A DNA stretch of 64,000 bases from Eledone cirrhosa (Eukaryota). How positions within the stretch are numbered: the first letter of the stretch is position 1; each line of letters starts with the position of its first letter. The position numbers were made by a program, and so were the translations under genes. The notes below the pieces were generated by a model. That model did not search any database and was not told where the DNA came from. It worked only from the letters and a program-made list of their open reading frames with translations. The stretch lies in assembly GCA_964016885.1 (NCBI GenBank), contig OZ024742.1, positions 226,176,001 through 226,240,000 of the forward strand, read 5' to 3'. Below are positions 12,359 to 23,583 of this stretch, in pieces.

Positions 12359-12579
12359 TTTTCTCAAAATAGGGTTTTTCGAAGTTTTTCGAAAGTTAAA
12401 ATGTTCACAATACTATTTCGCCCAAAGGCGCAGAATATTTTGAGAGACCGACCAGATCAAAATTTGACCTGGCAGTCCCTCTACAAAATGGTACAAAAAT
12501 GAAAGTTTACAGTTTACAATTTTCGTATGAATTTAAACAAAAACTTACCGAGCGAGCTCAGCACATGTGTCCATCAGAG

Positions 12580-12682
<103 letters not shown>

Positions 12683-12973
12683 ATACATCAGCTGTATCAA
12701 CCTTTGCATTTCCTTAGACAACATCTGTGACTTGGAGAGAAGAGACTGGCATGCATAGGCAACTGCTGATCTTCCACAAAATATCTTGCCAAGGCTTATG
12801 CCTCCTTATGACCCCTGACCAATTATGACAGAAGGGAGTCTATCACTAGATAACAATTGTGACAATGTACTAAACCTCTGTCAGTTCAGATAACAAGTCT
12901 TACAATTGTTCAAACAACAGAGCAGCTTGCTCCTTGTGAAATTAAGATGCAAGTGGTTGAGTATTCTAGAGAT

Positions 12974-13916
12974 GAGAACAATTGCTAGAAAGATAGCAAT
13001 TCTGACAATATTGCTAGAAAATAGCAATTGTGACAATATTGCTAGAAAATAACAATTGTGATAATATTACTAGAAAGAAAGCAATTGAGACAATATTGCT
13101 AGAAAGATAGCAATTGTGATAATATTGCTAGAAAGAAAGCAATTGAGACAATATTGCTAGAGAGATAGCAATTGTGACAATATTGCTAGAAAATAGCAAT
13201 TGTGATAAAATTACTAGAAAATAGCAATTGTGATAATATTACTAGAAGAAAGCAATTGAGACAATATTGCTAGAAAGATAGCAATTCTGACAATATTGCT
13301 AAAAAGATAGCAATTGTGACAATATTGCTAGAAAGGTAGCAATTGTGACAATATTACTAGAAAGATAGCAATTATGACAATTGTGCTAGAAAATAGCAAT
13401 TGTAACTATATTGCTAGAAAATAGCAATTGTGATAATATTGCTAGAAAATTGCAATGATGACAATAGTGCTAGAAAATAGCAATAATGATAATATTGCTA
13501 AAAAATAGCAATAGTGACAACATTGCTAGAAAGATAGCAATTGTGACAATAATACTAGAAAGATAGCAATTATGACAATAGTGCCAGAAAATAGCAATTG
13601 TAACAATATTACTAGAAAGATAACAATTCTGACAATATTGCTAGAAAATAACAATTGTGACAATATTGCTAGAAATGAACAATTGTGACTATATTGCTAG
13701 AAAGATAGCAATAATGACAATATTGCTAGAAAGGTAGCAATTGTGACAATATTACTAGAAAGATAGCAATTGTAACAATATTTCTAGAAAAATAGCAATT
13801 GTGACATTGTTACTAGAAAATAACAATTGTGACAATATTACTTAAATATAGTAATTGTGATAATGTTGCTAAAAAGATAGCAATTGTGACAATATTGCTA
13901 GAAAAAAACAATTGTG
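12974..13916. repeat. AT-rich ~28-29-bp tandem minisatellite (~33 units)
   Basis: Repeated agcaattgtgacaatattgctagaaa(g)at with point variants. Confidence 0.95.
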
Positions 13917-14461
13917 AATGGTATATTTTTGTCTCTGACTGGATGTGTGGATGAATGGCCTTCTAATGACATGGATGATTAGTTTTCCAGATCAATAGAT
14001 AGATAGATAGGATAGGAAATAGGAGTACCCATTTTATGTAGGGTAATACACGTTTGTGCAAAATGAGTGTGTCGAAACAAAAAATGGAAAAGGCAGCTTA
14101 CTGGTTAATTTTGTTCAACTTGCTTGGTGGAGTTGTGTAACATAAGTATCTTGATGGTATGAGACATGTCATTGAGTATGGCACATAGATTCAAAGAATT
14201 CCACAGAGTAATTTAAAGTGAATAGGGTATAAGAAAAAACTAAGCAAAATCTGTTGAAATACAAAGAAAAATGTATTGTATAAATAGAGTCTCTTACACA
14301 TGTTTCAATGCAGATATGAAATCACCTATGAGAGCTGAAAAATTATGTTATAAAATTTACTATTCTTGCAATGCATATATATAAACCCATAGAGCATAAG
14401 ATCCCATTAAGGCTGAAAGCAGTGATTCTTTGCTTAAACTTTAATCTGTTCTTATAATAAA

Positions 14462-14569
<108 letters not shown>

Positions 14570-14820
14570 CTATAGGTAGGTAGGTAGATAGATAGATATA
14601 ACATCATCACAATTTAAAGTCTATTTTCCATGCTTACATGGGTTAGATGGGCTATCATGTTATAAGGCCAGATGGGTTAGGTGACCACATCTTGCACATA
14701 CACTTTATTTTTCATTTGGTTGAATAACCTTCCTAATACAAACCATTTTACAGCATGTATTGGGAGTTTTTTTTTCGTGGCACTAGCACTACTATCTTAT
14801 AAGGTGGACTAGGTGTTTTT

Positions 14821-14927
14821 CGTTGTAGCATCAGTACAACCACCTTGTATTGGTAGACTGAGTGCTGGTGTCACGACAAAAAGCACTCAGTCTACCAATA
14901 CAAGGTGGTTGTACTGATGCTACAACG
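14821..14927. repeat. Perfect 46-bp inverted repeat with 15-nt loop
   Basis: 14821-14866 is the exact reverse complement of 14882-14927. Confidence 0.95.
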
Positions 14928-14998
14928 TGACACCAGCGCTACTACTTTACAAGGAGGACTGAGTGTGTTTTATATCATCAGTGCTACCTCGTTATGAC

Positions 14999-15815
14999 TT
15001 TTAAATGCTTGTCATCCAGCTGGAAAAGCAATGATGTAAGCAAGATGAAAAAGCAAGTATCAAGTTACATATATAAATATAATCATCACCATCATCATTT
15101 AACATCTGTTTTCTCTCTTAGCAAGGATTGGATGAGTTGTCAATACTCAAATGGAGCTACTGACCTCTCAGATAGGTATGCATCTCACTTATGTTCCTGC
15201 ATTGAGTGTGTGTTTACATGTGTACCACATACAAGCTAAAACACCACTCTGCTGCTGCTTTGAGGTACCCCTGGAAGCTGTCACATACTAGCAAGCTGGC
15301 TGTGGACAAGTGTACCACCATGCATTTTGGGAGGAAAAACCCAGTGCTAACATACTGCCCCCACAATACCAATCTTAAGAAGACTTCTTGTGAATGTGAC
15401 CTGGGTATTACTGTCAACAGTGATTTGCATTGGACAAAGCACATCTCTAAACTTGTCAAGAAGGCTGAGGGTGTCTTAACATCACTCAGTAAGACATTTG
15501 TCAGCTGCTCTCCAGCTATCTATTTAAAGCTGTGTTTAACTATGGTGCTTCCACACGTAGAATTTACATCACCAGTCTGGAACCCCTATCTTTCTCAGAA
15601 TATTGATCTCCTGGAAATTGTTTTAAATGCTTGTCATCCAGCTGGAAAAGCAATGATGTAAGCAAGATGAAAAAGCAAGTATCAAGTTACATATATAAAT
15701 ATAATCATCACCATCATCATTTAACATCTGTTTTCTCTCTTAGCAAGGATTGGAGGAGTTGTCAATACTCAAATGGAGCTACTGACCTCTCAGATAGGTA
15801 TGCATCTCACTTATG
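14999..15815 (+). repeat. ~195-bp near-identical direct duplication (14999-15193 and 15621-15815)
   Basis: Both copies run ttttaaatgcttgtcatccagc...catctcacttatg with about one mismatch. Confidence 0.93.
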
Positions 15816-16312
15816 AATACCCTTCATCAGGCATCTACCATACTCTAAATGCCTTGCTTCCCTGGGCATGGATACATTAAAGATTTGATGTTTGGCAACT
15901 GACTTGGTAGACACCCACAAGATTATTAACCATCTTTTCAACAACAACCCTGAACACCTCTTTGAATTCCATGTGTCTAACACCCATGGGCATGCTTACA
16001 AAATCAGAAAACAGTACAGCTCAATGACTTTTGGAAACACTTGTTCATGCTCAGAGTTGCTGAAGCATAGAACAAACTACTTTTTAGCTGTTGAGACACT
16101 GCATCCTTCAAAACTTCCATGCTTCCTGAAATTCACCAACATTACACCTGATACTCCCCCTGCACTCATGTGTGTGTGTGTCTGTTGTATATCATGACTC
16201 ATACACTGTTTACTTTCCTGACATTTGTACATTATTCTATGTGCTATACATGCACCTTTGATGAGTTGTAGTGCACCTGAGCACTGTACACAGTAATTTT
16301 CATTATTATTAT
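15290..16312 (+). mobile_element. 3' fragment of CR1-like LINE, interrupted at 15621-15815
   Basis: VDKCTTMHFGRKNP, CECDLGITVNSDL.W..HI, LPHVEFTSPVWNPY and later NTHGHAYKI are CR1/L2-type C-terminal motifs; (ATT)n tail; sister copy at 38170-38730. Confidence 0.8.
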
Positions 16313-16325
16313 TAAGATCGGTTAG

Positions 16326-16516
16326 GGCGGTGGATTGGCAGTATCAGTAGAGGGTCGGACGCCATGCTTTCCAGCATAGTTACGTCCCTTTACGATCTGA
16401 GTTCAAATCCCGCCGAGGTTGACTTTGCCTTTCATCCTTACGGTGTCGATAAAATAAAGTACCAGTAATGTACTGGGTAATTTCTGGCCTTGTGCCTAAA
16501 GTAGAAACAATTATTA
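16326..16516 (+). mobile_element. tRNA-derived SINE family A, full-length copy
   Basis: A-box-like TGGCAGTATCAGTAG, B-box GAGTTCAAATCC, conserved central block, (ATT) tail; more than ten copies in the window. Confidence 0.88.
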
Positions 16517-16759
16517 AGATCAGAATAGCAGTAGAATGAAAATTTAACTACAAACAAATGGCTATAAGAATTCTATAATACTATTAGCATTAAGTACTTT
16601 TTCTTTTGTCTGCATACCAATAGAATATATACGAGACAAAGAGAAAGTTATGAGGTTAAGCGTGATAATTACTTACAAGTTTAACACCAACTTTACAAGC
16701 ATCACAAAACCAGGGTTCTGTACTTATGAATGACTGTGCTTGCAGCAGACTGGTTATCA

Positions 16760-18885
16760 CTAATTCCATAACAGTCTTCTTCCAAGTAGTTAAAAGAGAA
16801 ACTAGATGACAGGTTTACTTAGCACAAAGTGAAATGGAAAGCATAAGGTTTGCCAACGGATGTCTGAGGTGTTCTGCATTGTGAAGCAATGTGTTAGTGG
16901 GAATCAGAATGTCATTAAAGAAAACTGTGTTCAAAATGACTCTGGTACACAGCCTCTTTGACATTCAGAAGAAAGTGGCATGGAAATGAAAAGAGGTTTG
17001 ATAAATGTGGAGAATGACTACCTCCAGTAGACTTGGTAGAGGGGCCAGTTATCGAAATTTAGTGTTAAAGAGGCAATCAAGGAGATGAAAAATAGAAAAG
17101 CTGCTGGAATGTCAGAACCAGTTGCAGAAATGCTGAAATAATAATTTCTACTATAGGCACAAGGCTAGCAATTTGAGGGGAGAAGAAAGTCGATTAAATT
17201 GACCCCAGTGCATTTCTGGTGCTTTATTTTATCGACTTTGTAAGGATAAAAAGCAAAGCTAACCTCGGCAGGATGAGTTGAGCTAGTCACTCACATAATC
17301 CATCAGATAATACATGATGGTGTCATACACAATGACTGGTGCAGCAGTACACTAATCAACTGCCACAAGGAAAAAATTAATGATCTAGAAAGGAATAACT
17401 ACAGAGGCATAAAACTGGTGGATCAAGTTATGAAAATAATGAAAAGAGTGTTAATAGAATGAATTAAAGAAAGAGTAAAATTTGATGAGCTACAATTTGG
17501 TTTTGTTCCAGGAAGAAGCACAACAGATGTCCTCTTTTTTGTGAGAAGTCCCTAGTTAAGTATAAACTGCTTTATCTAACTTTTGTTGATCTGAGTACTG
17601 TGACCTGTCATTTGGTGGTCATTAAGGAAACTGGATGTAGAAGTGTGGTTTGTAAAGGCAGTGCAAGTTATATACAGAAATCAGTAAAATGAGAATAGGT
17701 AATGAGTTTAATGGGGAATTCAATATACAGGGGTGATTATTCATCAAAGTTCAGTACTCATCTTCCTCCTGTAACTGGGTGCTCATACCTACATTAAGGT
17801 ATTATTCTCAAAATAAATAATATCAAAATCTTGTAGATTCAATATTATGTGAGATAATTATGTAAGATAAAGCCTTTACTGTGAAAATACAATAGTAAAT
17901 ATAGAATAATGTAAATGCTAAAGGTTTAAGACTAGCTGTCAATAAGAAATTCTGTAAGCTGATGATTTTGCTCTTATATCCAAATCTGTAGAAGAGCTTA
18001 AGAAATTTTTTTTGGAATCAAAGAGCTAAGAGTAAACTTTGCAAAGACCAAAGTTTTAGTTAAGTAAGAAAGAGGACAAGACTGATTCCATCAGAGAAGT
18101 GGCCATGCTTGATAAGTAGAAAAGGAATAGGAACTCTAAACGATATACACAATGTAAAGCATACATATGAAAGAGGTGTAGTGGGATTGTAGGCAGACCA
18201 ACAGAAAAGATAGACTTTGCATGTGATTGATGCATAGTAAAAGTGGGTAGTAGAAGGAACAGTGGAATGAACCTTCTCCCCTCTCATAAAGGTACTATCG
18301 AAATAAATGATAATTTCTGTTACTTAGTTGACATAATTAAAAATGGAGGAGGTTGTTCAGAAAGTATAGCAGGTAGAAAAGGAAAAAGCAGCAAAACATT
18401 TAGGGAACTATAACCTCTTGTTGACAACAAAAGAATGTTCTCTACAAGCATAGGATAGATTGTATAATAGAAGCATGAGAAGTGTGATGCTGCAGGGTAG
18501 TAAATACAGAGGATATACGGAGGCTGAAAAGAAATGAAGCAAGCATAATTTATTGGATGTGTAATGTTAGTGTGTATGAATGATAGGATGTGGATGAACT
18601 GAGAGAAAAAATGGGTATAAGAGGAATCAGATGTATTGTGCAAGAGAGAATACTATATTGGTGAGGACATGTGATGCATATAGCTGATGATTGCTTGGTG
18701 AAAAAGTGTCAGAAGTTCCCAATGGAAGGAAGTTGCAGTTAAGAAAGATTAAGAAAAACCTGGGCAAAAGTGTTTAGAGCTGATCTTAATGGAAATGACA
18801 AAGGAATGCTATAATTAGAGGGAAGCTGTGCTGAAAAGGACCCATCCAACCCATGCAAGCTGGAAAAGTCGATGTATGATGATGT
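16760..18885 (+). mobile_element. Old, heavily decayed RTE LINE with a nested partial SINE A (17140-17272, minus)
   Basis: Recognisable remnants AIKEMKNRKAAG, NDWCSS, NNYRGIKLVDQVMK, QFGFVPGRSTTD, ADD, KTKV, SEKWPC, KTWAKV and the 3' tail acccatgcaagctggaaaag..gatgatg. Confidence 0.82.
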
Positions 18886-18954
18886 ATTGAGTTCAAATTT
18901 AGTGATCTTAGTAATCCACAAAAGAGGAAGAATTCAATATTTGTAATTGAGTAA

Positions 18955-18988
<34 letters not shown>

Positions 18989-19021
18989 GTATATGTATAT
19001 ATATATATATATATATATCTG

Positions 19022-19051
<30 letters not shown>

Positions 19052-19052
<1 letters not shown>

Positions 19053-19482
19053 GGTACTCAGTAACAGAGAAGACCCGCCTTACCTAAATATATAGTAAAA
19101 CCTACTCCAGCCAGTAGGCATCTCTAACAAAATACACCCCGTCCCACCACCACCACCCCCACCCCATCCACACCACCCCGTTCTATGTAAAGTTATGTTG
19201 GTGCCGCGCCATCGAGGCCGAAACAAATGAGATCGTGTAGGTGTCACGACAAAAAAACACACAGTCCACGCTGTAATGTGGCCGTGTAGGCAACACGGTA
19301 AAAACCTCCCAGACCCACACTGTAAATGTGGTTGGTGTTAGGAAGGGCATCCAACTGTAGAAAACCCGCCAGACAGTCCTATGCGAGCAAGACAATCACT
19401 CTTGCCTCAAGTGGGACTACCCCCGTCCAAACCCATGCAAGCGTGGAACACGGACGTTAAACGTTGATGATGATGATGATGA

Positions 19483-19484
<2 letters not shown>
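19052..19484 (+). mobile_element. RTE LINE 3' end only (long 3' UTR subfamily) between (TA)n tracts
   Basis: Starts at codons [10 protein letters not shown], full ~390-nt UTR, (GAT)n tail; near-identical to the reverse complement of 61827-62260. Confidence 0.9.
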
Positions 19485-19549
<65 letters not shown>

Positions 19550-19551
<2 letters not shown>

Positions 19552-22543
19552 ACAAAGTGTTGTAGTTTGCTTGAAGTATTGGATAAGATAATAGACGTAA
19601 ATAGAGTGAACGACAGAATAATTAAAATAAGACTTGTCCTCAATAGAACTACGGTGACAGTAATATCTGCGTACGCACCCCAATCCGGACTGCCCAGCAC
19701 TATAAAAGACAGATTCTATGAGACACTGATGCTCACTACCTCCCAAATAACCGACAGTGACTATATAATTATTGCAGGTGACCTAAATGGTCACGTTGGA
19801 CAACATTGTGACGGCTACGACGAAATCCATGGAGGCTATGGGTTTGGTACTAGAAATGAGGAAGGCTCCAGAATCCTGGAATTCTGTGATGCAAATAACC
19901 TAACTATCTGTAACACTAACTTCAAAAAACGTGACAATCACCTGATCACCTATAGATCGGGGGAACACACAAGCCAGGTAGATTATATCCTTACCAGAAG
20001 ACGTGACAGAGTGTCTGTTGTAAACACTAAATCCCTCCCCCATGAAGAATGCACCTCCCAACATAGACTGATAATTAGCGACCTAATAGTCAGGATGAGA
20101 CGTACTAGACAACAGAAGAGGACTATCCTCAGGAGAAAAATATGGAAGCTAAAGGACCCCACAGCCAGAAATAAATTCAAAAGTATACTACTTGATGCTT
20201 TCGACAGTAAGGAAGAGCAATTAGAGTCATACAATATAGAGGAGCAGTGGGAATTCCTGAAAGCAAACCTGCTGATGGCGGCAGACGAAGTCTGTGGCTG
20301 GAGCAGGCCTCTAGGCAGGAGGAGAGTAACATGGTGGTGGAACAGTAAGGTGGAGGGGTCAATTAAGGCCAAAAAGCAGGCTTGGAAAGTATGGCGGGAT
20401 GGGGGAAGCAGAGAAGACTATCAAGTGGCCAGGAGGGAAGCTAGGAGACAAGTGTACTTCGCAAGAAGGGAAGCAGGGGAAAGAAAGTTCAAGCATGTTC
20501 TACAACGCGAGGACAAAAAACGTGAGGTGTTCAGGATTGCTAGGCAATGTGTCAAGGAAAACAGTGATATTGTCGGGGAGAAGTGTCTCCTTAATGATGA
20601 TGGTGTACTTGACATCACTGACGCTGATAAAAAGGTAGCTTGGAAGTGTCACTACGAAAGGCTACTAAATGAGGAGAATAATTGGGAGAAAGACAGTCTC
20701 CCCCACATCGACCCAATAGAGGGACCAGCAGTGTTAGTCGAGGGTTGTATAATAAGTAAGGCAATCAAAGATATGAAGACGGGTAAGGCAGCTGGGCCTT
20801 CGGAAATAGTTGCCGAGATGCTGAAGGCATCTGGTACGGTGGAACACACCATGGTCACCCGGATAGTTAACCAAGTCGTACAGAATGGGGTTGTTCCGAA
20901 GGACTGGCGTAGCAGCATCATCGTTAACTGTTATAAGGGTAAAGGAGATGCCCTAGATAGGAGTAACTATAGAGGCATTAAATTAATCGACCAGGTCATG
21001 AAGGTCACGGAAAAAGTAATAGCGCAACTAATCAGAGAGAGAATTGATCTAGATGAAATGCAGTTCGGGTTTGTGTCAGGCAAAAGTACCACAGACGCTC
21101 TTTTCATTGTACGACAACTACAGGAGAAGTACCTAGCTAAAAGTAAACCCCTATACTTAGCTTTTGTCGACTTGGAGAAAGCCTTCGACAGAGTCCCCCG
21201 TTCCATTATCTGGTGGGCTCTTAGAAAACTAGGTGTTGACGAATGGCTTGTGAGAGCTATACAAGCCATGTATAAAGAAACAGTCAGCAAGGTTAGAATT
21301 AACAACGAATATAGTGAAGAGTTTAGCGTAAAAGTTGGCGTCCATCAGGGCTCTGTTCTCAGCCCCCTACTATTTATTATTGCCCTTCAGGCTATAACAG
21401 AGGAGTTCAAGACCGGTTGCCCATGGGAACTCCTATACACAGATGACCTAACACTCATAGCTGAATCAATGGCCGAGCTAGAGAAGAAATTCCAAACATG
21501 GAAGCACGGCCTAGAATCAAAAGGCCTTAAAATTAACCTGGCTAAGACTAAAGTTCTAGTTTGTAAGAAAGAAAATAAGGCGGCGGTCCCTTCCGGGAAG
21601 TGGCCATGCCCAGTGTGTAGGAAAGGCGTAGGTAGAAATTCCATTTTGTGTCCCAAATGCAAAGTATGGGTGCATAAAAGATGTAGTGGGATCACAGGTA
21701 AGCTAACTAAGAACATAGATTTTACATGTGGCCGGTGCTCTGGTGCAATAAGTAGCAGCAAGTGCCCACAAAATACTAGCTCTTTCAACTGCGCAGAGGG
21801 TTCTATAGAAATAGTGGACAGCTTCCGTTACCTGGGTGACAAAATCAGCAGTGGGGGAGGGTGCTCTGAAAGTACAGTAGCTAGAGTCAGAACTGGATGG
21901 AAAAAGTTCAGAGAGCTTATACCACTATTAGCCGCTAAAGGGTTCTCCCTAAAAATGAAAGGCAGGTTGTATGATGCCTGCATACGAACAGCAATGTTGC
22001 ATAGCAGTGAGACCTGGGCATTGTGTGCAGAGGATATACGCAGACTAGAGAGAAACGAAGCTTGCATGCTCCGCTGGATGTGTAATAGTAATATACGTGA
22101 ACGGCAAAGCATAAACGAACTAAGGAAAAAATTAGAAATAAGAGGGATCAGATGTTGTTTACTCGAGAGAAGGCTACGTTGGTATGGTCACGTGATGCAC
22201 ATGAAGGACGATAGCTGTATAACAAAGTGCAGGGCAATAGACGGTAGCCACGGAATAGGCAGACCCAGAAAAACCTGGGACGAGCTGATAAATTCCGACC
22301 TCACACACTTACACCTCACCAAGACAATGTCACTGGACCGAGTAGGCATCTCTAACAAAATACACCCCAGACCCACACTGTAAATGTGGTTGGTGTTAGG
22401 AAGGGCATCCAGCTGTAGAAAACCCGCCAGATAGTCCTATGCGAGCAAGATAATCACTCTTGCCTCAAGTGGGAAAACCCCCATCCAAACCCATGCAAGC
22501 GTGGAACACGGACGTTAAACGTTGATGATGATGATGATGATGA
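19550..22543 (+). mobile_element. Young 5'-truncated RTE LINE with internal 3' deletions
   Basis: 938-codon open frame plus shortened UTR and (GAT)n tail; 5' end abuts (TA)n. Confidence 0.94.
19567..22383 (+). CDS. RTE ORF (partial APE + RT + PHD-like insert), N-terminally truncated, no ATG start
   Basis: SAYAPQ, AGDLNGHVG, QVDYIL, SQHR (APE); NYRGIKL, DLEKAFDRV, GVHQGSVLSPLLF, YTDD (RT); CPVC..CPKC..VHKRC..CGRC; LRWYGHV, GRPRKTW. Confidence 0.9.
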   Translation: MLEVLDKIIDVNRVNDRIIKIRLVLNRTTVTVISAYAPQSGLPSTIKDRFYETLMLTTSQITDSDYIIIAGDLNGHVGQHCDGYDEIHGGYGFGTRNEEGSRILEFCDANNLTICNTNFKKRDNHLITYRSGEHTSQVDYILTRRRDRVSVVNTKSLPHEECTSQHRLIISDLIVRMRRTRQQKRTILRRKIWKLKDPTARNKFKSILLDAFDSKEEQLESYNIEEQWEFLKANLLMAADEVCGWSRPLGRRRVTWWWNSKVEGSIKAKKQAWKVWRDGGSREDYQVARREARRQVYFARREAGERKFKHVLQREDKKREVFRIARQCVKENSDIVGEKCLLNDDGVLDITDADKKVAWKCHYERLLNEENNWEKDSLPHIDPIEGPAVLVEGCIISKAIKDMKTGKAAGPSEIVAEMLKASGTVEHTMVTRIVNQVVQNGVVPKDWRSSIIVNCYKGKGDALDRSNYRGIKLIDQVMKVTEKVIAQLIRERIDLDEMQFGFVSGKSTTDALFIVRQLQEKYLAKSKPLYLAFVDLEKAFDRVPRSIIWWALRKLGVDEWLVRAIQAMYKETVSKVRINNEYSEEFSVKVGVHQGSVLSPLLFIIALQAITEEFKTGCPWELLYTDDLTLIAESMAELEKKFQTWKHGLESKGLKINLAKTKVLVCKKENKAAVPSGKWPCPVCRKGVGRNSILCPKCKVWVHKRCSGITGKLTKNIDFTCGRCSGAISSSKCPQNTSSFNCAEGSIEIVDSFRYLGDKISSGGGCSESTVARVRTGWKKFRELIPLLAAKGFSLKMKGRLYDACIRTAMLHSSETWALCAEDIRRLERNEACMLRWMCNSNIRERQSINELRKKLEIRGIRCCLLERRLRWYGHVMHMKDDSCITKCRAIDGSHGIGRPRKTWDELINSDLTHLHLTKTMSLDRVGISNKIHPRPTL

Positions 22544-22558
22544 TTGGGGAATAAGAAA

Positions 22559-23045
22559 TACAAATTTAACTAGGAAATAAGTTTAATTATTTGGAAGCTT
22601 GAAAAGTGCCAAAGTAGTAGGATTGAGAGAAAATAGGATAAAAGGACTGAGAAAAGAGTGAGAACGGTAGAATTTTACCTTAGCAATTTTAATGATCGCA
22701 AGTATTTTCGGATTTACCAATCCATTATCGGGTATGGGGGGGGGGGGGGGGTATCTGATGAGGGGGTCAGAGAGCAGTTTGCGAAGAGTAAATTAAATCT
22801 ACTAGCCATCAATAACTCTTCTCAGATTGCTCTCTGAACCCCTACCCATCACCCCTCTGATAATGAATGGTAAATCCAAATATATTTTGGATCATCAAAA
22901 TTGCTTAGGTAAAATTCTAGCGTTCTCACTCCTTTCTCAGTTCTTTTGTCCTATTTTCTCTAATTCCTATTACCTTGGCACTTATAATCTCACACGCATT
23001 GTCGGGCTTCCAAATAATTAAACTTATTTCCTAATTAAATTTGTA
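22559..23045. mobile_element. ~490-bp fold-back MITE
   Basis: tacaaatttaactaggaaataagtttaattatttggaagc is mirrored by gcttccaaataattaaacttatttcctaattaaatttgta; imperfect complementarity continues inward to ~22790/22815. Confidence 0.85.
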
Positions 23046-23228
23046 CATATTTATATATATATGTGTGTGTGTGTGTGTGTATACACATATACAAACGCAC
23101 ACACACACACATTCGTGAAACAATGGCATAAAGCGATGATGATGATCAGGCAAATATATTTATATATTCATAAATATATAAAAATGTGTCATATACAATT
23201 ACGTGAGGATGAATAAATACGCATATTT

Positions 23229-23267
<39 letters not shown>

Positions 23268-23583
23268 CTGACATATACACGAAACAAAGTCTCTCCCCCC
23301 CCTCTCTCTCTCTCTTTCTCTCTGTATATGTGTGGGTATATATATATATATATATATGTGTGTAAATATCTGTATGGATGAGTATATTGTATACATATAT
23401 GTATGTGTTTATCTATATACCTCTCTATGTGGGTGTGTGTGTGCACATATGTACATAGACATGAGTATACATTGATTTGTATGTCAGTTACAACAGACAT
23501 TAAACAATGATGACAAAGATGTTTCTACCAAGAAATCACATGTGGAGAAAACAACAGGGCTGCCATAGAAGAAATACAATAAT

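Larger units (their letters stand above)
6782..12575 (-). mobile_element. Apparently full-length Tx1-type (L1 superfamily) non-LTR retrotransposon
   Basis: Two uninterrupted ORFs, 3' UTR ending AATAAAAGAAACAT, ~215-nt 5' UTR; agagatagatagata present on both sides (6767-6781 and 12578-12592), a possible TSD within a microsatellite. Confidence 0.93.
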
